Assembly (NCBI GenBank): GCA_963795085.1
Contig: CAWCFX010000006.1
Span: 328,888 to 392,887 of the forward strand
Reading direction: 5' to 3'
Length of the DNA stretch: 64,000 nucleotides
From: an uncultured Gemmatimonadales bacterium
Lineage (GTDB): Bacteria > Gemmatimonadota > Gemmatimonadetes > Gemmatimonadales > GWC2-71-9
Below are positions 59,378-64,000 of this stretch, piece by piece. The notes beneath the pieces are model-generated. The model was not told the origin of the DNA. It searched no databases and saw only the letters and a program-made list of their open reading frames with translations. Each line of letters begins with the position of its first letter. Position 1 is the first letter of the stretch. The position numbers and the translations under genes were made by a program.

Positions 59378-59571
59378 GGAAACACGGGGTCAGGGATATC
59401 GACTGGCCAGGGGCGCCGGCAGTCCTTGGACCGCTTACGAACGGGGGCCACACCCGGTTTCGGGCCGCCGGGATGCGTTTCCATTTCGGCATCCGGCACC
59501 CAAATCCTGAATCCCGGCGGCGGGGCCATGCCCGGGAGTGGCGGACGCGGTTGAGGGGACCGAGGCACCAG

Positions 59572-59676
59572 CCCTCAATCCCCTCAATTCCACAATTCCC
59601 TCAATTCCCTCAATTCCCTCAATTCCCTCAATTCCCTCAATTCCCTCAATTCCCTCAATTCCCTCAATTCCTAATT
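59572..59676 (+). repeat. (CCCTCAATT) 9-mer array of about 11 units, abutting the stop of the upstream minus-strand gene
   Basis: Read directly. Preceded by an inverted partial copy (gttgagggg at 59551). Same family as 18262 and 29399. Confidence 0.95.
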
Positions 59677-60226
59677 ACCTCCCGATCAACAATCCCAGCT
59701 CCCCCACCTTCTTGTCCAGCAGTTCCACGCTCCGGAGCACCACGTCCAGGGATTCTTCCGGGAAGCCCGACTCCAGGGTGAACGTGAACTCGGCAAAGAC
59801 ATCGTACACGTCGTCCATGCCCCAGTGGAAGAAGTCGCCGGCATTATTGGCCAGCAGTTTCCGCATCAGGCCGGTGCTGTTGTTGGCGCGGTCCACGTTG
59901 ATGTAGCGGTCGCCCGAGATATGGGGGAACACCCGGACGGTCAGCACGTCGTTCCGCCCGACCATCACGATGATCTCCATGCTCTCCGCCTCATTCAGCC
60001 CCTCGGTCATGGACCCGGAGAAGTTCCATTGATTCGCCTGCGCCTGCTTGAAGTTGACGCCGATCCGCGGCCCGATCGTCCGCAGGGCGGAGCGCACCTT
60101 GTCGCGGGTGGCCTGCCGTTCGGGGCTGTTCTCGTTCTGGGCCCAGGCGACCGAGACCGATGCGGCCAGCGCCAGGGCGGCCAGGGTGCCAGCGGTCTTT
60201 CGGGCGAATCGCAGCGAACTTGCCAC
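59675..60226 (-). CDS. secreted hypothetical protein (tentatively YbjN-like domain)
   Basis: Signal peptide ...ASVSVAWAQN. The body MEIIVMVGRNDVLTVRVF...FAEFTFTLESGFPEESL resembles YbjN-type domains (low certainty). Confidence 0.5.
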   Translation of the reverse strand: MASSLRFARKTAGTLAALALAASVSVAWAQNENSPERQATRDKVRSALRTIGPRIGVNFKQAQANQWNFSGSMTEGLNEAESMEIIVMVGRNDVLTVRVFPHISGDRYINVDRANNSTGLMRKLLANNAGDFFHWGMDDVYDVFAEFTFTLESGFPEESLDVVLRSVELLDKKVGELGLLIGR

Positions 60227-60255
60227 AAAGCCTCCTCAGGAATGGGGTGATGACG

Positions 60256-61365
60256 CTACAACCGCTCCTTCTCCTCGACTTCCAGCATGTGCGCCTTGCG
60301 GCCGCCCCGGTGGAGCTCGCCCTGGTGGGCGGCGCCCGTCACCAGCAGGTGGGCCAGGTCCACGGCCCGGTGGACCAGCTCCCGGGCAGCTTCATGAAGT
60401 TCAGCGGATTCCCGCACCACCTGCACGTTTCGCTCCATGTCCTCGGCGCTCCAGCCCCGGGTATGGGCGATGTAGGGAAACTGGGGGAACTGGCACCCGA
60501 TCTCTCCGAAAAACCCCATCATCTGGCCGGCCACCGCCTGGACGTTGTCCTGGCCTCCCACGATGATGAAGCCCGCGACCTTGTTCCTGAGCAGGACCCG
60601 GTTGGCGATGGTCACCTGGTTCTGCACGCAGTTCATCCGCTCGACCATCTTGTAGTAGAGCGAGCTGGCGTTGCCCCAACGGATCGGCGTGGATACCAGG
60701 ATGACGTCCCCCCAGTGCACCACCGCTTCGTAGACCTGGTCCAGCTGGTCGGTGCTGTCCATCTGGGTGATGGAGCAGGGCCAGGTGCAGGCGTGGGCGC
60801 TCTTGGAGTAGTACCCCTCGCAGTGGCGGAACCGCAGGTCGTTGAGCCGGATGAGTCGTGACTCGACGCCGAGAGAGGTCGCCGCATGGTCGAGGGCCGC
60901 TTTCAGCAGGTCGTCGGAGCCGGAGTAGCGCGGGTTGCCCGCGTCCATGGCGGTCGTCGAAAGGCCCACCACCCGGATGGGGCCCGGGGCCCGATCCACC
61001 TTGCGCGCCAGCGGGTGGGGTTCGTGGGGCCGGCGGCTCCGCCTGGTCTTCGGCTCGAGGTTGACCAGGAGGCGGCCGTTCTCCTGCCGCACCTCGTAGC
61101 TGGGCGCGGCATCGTCCTCGTAGCCCGGCTCGCCCAGGCCGGTCCGGCGGTGGTATTTCCAGTTGTGCCAGGGGCAGACGACATAGTCGCCGTCCATTCT
61201 CCCCTCGCCCAGGGGACCGCCGGCGTGGTTGCAGGTGCCGGAGATGGCTCCCAGTTCCCCGTTCACCCAGGTGATCGCCAGCCGCACCCGGTCGGCCTTG
61301 ACCGCGGTGATGGCTTGCCCGGTGAACTGCTCGACCGGGCCGAGGTCGTGCCAGCGATCCGTCAT
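60256..61365 (-). CDS. Rieske [2Fe-2S] domain fused to a flavodoxin-like NAD(P)H-dependent FMN reductase domain
   Basis: Rieske ligands CNHAGGPL...x...CPWHNWKY in the N-terminal approx. 110 aa. The C-terminal approx. 230 aa (IRVVGLSTT...ILVSTPIRWGNASS...FIIVGG) fit the FMN-reductase/iron-sulfur-flavoprotein fold. Confidence 0.75.
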   Translation of the reverse strand: MTDRWHDLGPVEQFTGQAITAVKADRVRLAITWVNGELGAISGTCNHAGGPLGEGRMDGDYVVCPWHNWKYHRRTGLGEPGYEDDAAPSYEVRQENGRLLVNLEPKTRRSRRPHEPHPLARKVDRAPGPIRVVGLSTTAMDAGNPRYSGSDDLLKAALDHAATSLGVESRLIRLNDLRFRHCEGYYSKSAHACTWPCSITQMDSTDQLDQVYEAVVHWGDVILVSTPIRWGNASSLYYKMVERMNCVQNQVTIANRVLLRNKVAGFIIVGGQDNVQAVAGQMMGFFGEIGCQFPQFPYIAHTRGWSAEDMERNVQVVRESAELHEAARELVHRAVDLAHLLVTGAAHQGELHRGGRKAHMLEVEEKERL

Positions 61366-62195
61366 GGGAGCGCCTCGCAGGCGGCGATGGACTGGCGAAG
61401 AAAGGTGTCCACCAGCACCTGCTGGCGGTCCGCATCAAGGGCCCGGGCGACCTGGCTCCCGGTCAGCACCGCGCCGACCCAGCCGTTGGTATGCCAGGCA
61501 CCCTGCCCCAGGTGCGGCAATGGACCCTTCGGATGGGGATATGGCGAGACATAGTAGTAGGGTTCGGCGTAGCTGCCGTCGCCGGGAGAGAGCCCGGCGC
61601 CGACGGTCCGGCCCGGTGCCAGCGTGATCAGGGTGGCGATATCGAAATGGTGGGGCCAGCAGCGCACGGGGGAGGCGTCCCGCCGGGCGGCCGCGATCTC
61701 GGCCAGGGCCCGGGCGGCGCCGTGATAGTAGCGAGCCAGTTCCCGGCCCCGGGTCGCGTGGCCCTGGAAGGCCGCCCCCTCACCGACGGGGTGAGCGGGG
61801 ATCTCGTAATGGGTCTGGCCGGCCAGCCGCCCGGGGTCCATGCCGAAATCCGGCATGCGTTCCCGGAGCCAGCGCAGCGCCTGGAGCAGGGTGCGTCCCT
61901 CCAGCCGGTACTCGTCCAGCACGTCCCCCGATTCGCCCAGCAGCATCAGGATCAGGGGGTCCAGCCGCAGGGCGCCTCGAAAGGACGGAGACCCGGGAAT
62001 GGGGTGGCCGGCGAGCGCCTGCCCCGGCATCCACTCCAGGTTGGTGTGGCTGTCGTCGGGGGCGGCCGGCAGGTACGCGATCGAAAGGTGCACGACCAGC
62101 TGGGCGGCGTGATGGGCCTCCAGCCGGGCGTCGGCCAGGCTGGCAGGGTCCAGGCTGCCCACGAGGGGCCATGGCACGGTGGCGTGCATCGGCAT
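61362..62195 (-). CDS. conserved hypothetical protein (possibly DUF5996-like)
   Basis: Start ATG 62195 (MPMHATVPWP). The listed ORF to 62468 would overlap the divergent HAAO gene. 4-nt overlap with the Rieske-fusion start. Contains a CWPHHFD motif. Confidence 0.55.
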   Translation of the reverse strand: MPMHATVPWPLVGSLDPASLADARLEAHHAAQLVVHLSIAYLPAAPDDSHTNLEWMPGQALAGHPIPGSPSFRGALRLDPLILMLLGESGDVLDEYRLEGRTLLQALRWLRERMPDFGMDPGRLAGQTHYEIPAHPVGEGAAFQGHATRGRELARYYHGAARALAEIAAARRDASPVRCWPHHFDIATLITLAPGRTVGAGLSPGDGSYAEPYYYVSPYPHPKGPLPHLGQGAWHTNGWVGAVLTGSQVARALDADRQQVLVDTFLRQSIAACEALP

Positions 62196-62337
62196 CGGCT
62201 GAGAAAGTGGCAGGGAGGATCGGCACAAGGTTACAGGAAAATCCCCGATTGCAACAGGGGCCGTACCCATGGGCCCAGTCCCCAAGTACATTCCATCCCA
62301 TTGCCGGCTCCCGTCTTCCATAGTGGAGGTTGATCCC

Positions 62338-62868
62338 ATGTCCAGCCTGATGCCGATCAATCTGAAGGGCTTTATCAACGACCATCGCGACCTCCTGAAG
62401 CCCCCGGTGGGCAACAAGATGGTCTGGCAGAACGCCGAGTTCATGGTGATGGTGGTCGGCGGCCCCAATCAGCGGAAAGACTTTCACATCGAGGACGGCG
62501 AGGAGTTCTTCTACCAGGTCGAAGGCGATATCGTCCTCCGGATCATCGAGGACGGCAAGGTGCGGGAGATCCCGATCCGGGAAGGCGAGATGTTCCTGCT
62601 CCCCGCCGGCATCCCCCACTCGCCCCAGCGCCCCGCCAACACGGTCGGCCTGGTGATCGAGCGGCAGCGGGTGGAGGGAGAAAAGGACCACCTCCGCTGG
62701 TTCTGCGAGAACTGCGGCGAAGTCCTCCACGATGACGCCTTCCAGCTGGAAGACCTGGGCAAGCAGCTCAAGCCCATTATCGAAAACTTCTACCAGAGCG
62801 AGACCCTCCGCACCTGCCGGAACTGCGGCCACGTGATGACCGTGCCGGCCCCGGCGGCGAAGAAGTGA
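62338..62868 (+). CDS. nbaC: 3-hydroxyanthranilate 3,4-dioxygenase
   Basis: Start ATG 62338 after GGAGG. Cupin core DFHIEDGEEFFYQVEGDIVLRI...LLPAGIPHSP and a C-terminal rubredoxin-like CENCG...CRNCG site. Confidence 0.9.
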   Translation: MSSLMPINLKGFINDHRDLLKPPVGNKMVWQNAEFMVMVVGGPNQRKDFHIEDGEEFFYQVEGDIVLRIIEDGKVREIPIREGEMFLLPAGIPHSPQRPANTVGLVIERQRVEGEKDHLRWFCENCGEVLHDDAFQLEDLGKQLKPIIENFYQSETLRTCRNCGHVMTVPAPAAKK

Positions 62869-62876
62869 CGCCCGCC

Positions 62877-62950
62877 ATTTCAGATTGGAGATTTCAGATT
62901 TCAGATTGGACCACCTTCAGTCTGAAATCTGAAATCTAGAATCTGAAATC
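62877..62950 (+). repeat. ATTTCAG heptamer units arranged as an inverted repeat (long hairpin) in the HAAO-ACMSD spacer
   Basis: atttcagattggagatttcagatttcagattgg / accacc / ttcagtctgaaatctgaaatctagaatctgaaatcc. Confidence 0.9.
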
Positions 62951-62953
62951 CCC

Positions 62954-63970
62954 ATGCCCCTGAAGATCGACATCCACACCCACATTCTCCCCCACTCTCT
63001 CCCCGACCTGAGAGAGCGGTTCGGTTATGGGGGATTCATCCAGCTGGAGCACCACGAGCCCTGCCGGGCCCGGATGCTGATCGACGGCAAGTTCTTCCGC
63101 GAGATCGGCGACAACTGCTGGAACCCGGCCGCCCGGATCGCCGAGTGCGACCAGGACGGCGTCTCGGTGCAGGCGCTGTCCACCGTGCCCGTCATGTTCA
63201 GCTACTGGGCCAAGCCGGAACACGCGCACGATCTCTCCCAGATTCTCAACGACGACATCGCCAGGACGGTCCAGGCGCACCCCCGCCGGTTCGTGGGCCT
63301 CGGCACCCTGCCGATGCAGGCCCCCGACCTCGCGGTCCGGGAGCTGGAGCGCTGCGTGAAGCAACTGGGCTTTCCCGGGGTCCAGATCGGCAGCCACGTC
63401 AACCAGTGGAACCTCGACGACCCGGTGCTGTTCCCCGTCTTCGAGGCCGCCCAGGAACTGAACGCGGCGGTCTTCGTCCATCCCTGGGACATGATGGGCA
63501 AGGAGCGGATGCCGAAGTACTGGCTGCCCTGGCTGGTCGGCATGCCGGCCGAGACCACGCTGGCCATCTGCTCGGTGATCTTCGGCGGGGTGCTGGAGCG
63601 GCTGCCCCGCCTCAAGATCTGCTTCGCCCACGGCGGCGGGAACTTCGCCGGGACCATCGGCCGCATCGAACACGGTTTCCATTCCCGCCCCGACCTGGTC
63701 GCCACCGAGAACCCGGTCAACCCCCGGGCCTACCTGGGCCGCTTCTACGTGGACTCGCTGGTGCATGACAACGACGCCCTCCGCCAGCTGATCAAGCTCA
63801 TGTCGCCGGAACGGATCGCCCTCGGCTCCGACTACCCCTTCCCCCTGGGCGAGCAACCCGCGGGCAAGCTGATCGAGTCCATGTACGACCTGGACGCCGG
63901 GGTGCGGGACCGGCTGCTCGCCGGGACGGCGCTGGAGTTCCTGGGGCTGGAGCGGGAGAGGTTTGAGTGA
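62954..63970 (+). CDS. nbaD: 2-amino-3-carboxymuconate-6-semialdehyde decarboxylase (amidohydrolase 2 family)
   Basis: MPLKIDIHTHILP (HxH metal site) and ...FVHPWDM...CFAHGGG...DYPFPLGE, typical of ACMSD. Confidence 0.9.
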   Translation: MPLKIDIHTHILPHSLPDLRERFGYGGFIQLEHHEPCRARMLIDGKFFREIGDNCWNPAARIAECDQDGVSVQALSTVPVMFSYWAKPEHAHDLSQILNDDIARTVQAHPRRFVGLGTLPMQAPDLAVRELERCVKQLGFPGVQIGSHVNQWNLDDPVLFPVFEAAQELNAAVFVHPWDMMGKERMPKYWLPWLVGMPAETTLAICSVIFGGVLERLPRLKICFAHGGGNFAGTIGRIEHGFHSRPDLVATENPVNPRAYLGRFYVDSLVHDNDALRQLIKLMSPERIALGSDYPFPLGEQPAGKLIESMYDLDAGVRDRLLAGTALEFLGLERERFE

Positions 63971-63974
63971 GAAC

Positions 63975-64000
63975 AGTGGGTCAGTGGGTCAGTGGGTCAG
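63975..64000 (+). repeat. (AGTGGGTC) octamer array, truncated by the window end
   Basis: agtgggtc agtgggtc agtgggtc ag begins 5 nt after the ACMSD stop. Confidence 0.85.

Overview
Very GC-rich chromosomal segment from a diderm bacterium, shown by the Mla system, WaaA and outer-membrane beta-barrel genes. The gene style suggests a Gemmatimonadota-like lineage, but that is inference only. Housekeeping genes are dnaE, accA, metG, the F1 ATP synthase genes atpAGDC, a sigma-70 factor and 8 tRNAs. They are interleaved with four kinds of module. (1) Envelope: a translationally coupled TPM-NTase-LemA(-DUF2156) operon, MlaEFD, a ClC channel and several beta-barrel or lipoprotein genes. (2) Signalling: MEDS + V4R-like + hybrid kinase, and a separate very large hybrid kinase with two kinase-receiver cores. 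(3) A copper island: cupredoxin-CopA, CsoR with a matching operator, DUF305 and DsbA. (4) A kynurenine-branch pair (HAAO, ACMSD) beside a Rieske-flavoprotein fusion. I saw no transposase, integrase, CRISPR array or recognisable defence gene. One gene is missing from the ORF track: a metallopeptidase lipoprotein on the minus strand at 1..1178, open to the window edge. The most unusual signal is a set of at least 13 intergenic short-period (7-14 nt) tandem arrays from about 8 unit families. Several of them form long hairpins between co-directional genes and between tRNAs. Other notable items are two frameshifts at homopolymer runs (the sigma factor and the giant kinase), a 13-nt perfect anti-Shine-Dalgarno complement with a mini-ORF and hairpin upstream of waaA, a perfect CRP-type palindrome on the putative atpA promoter, and beta-barrel genes overlapping atpC. 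Many long listed ORFs are antisense shadow frames and are rejected.
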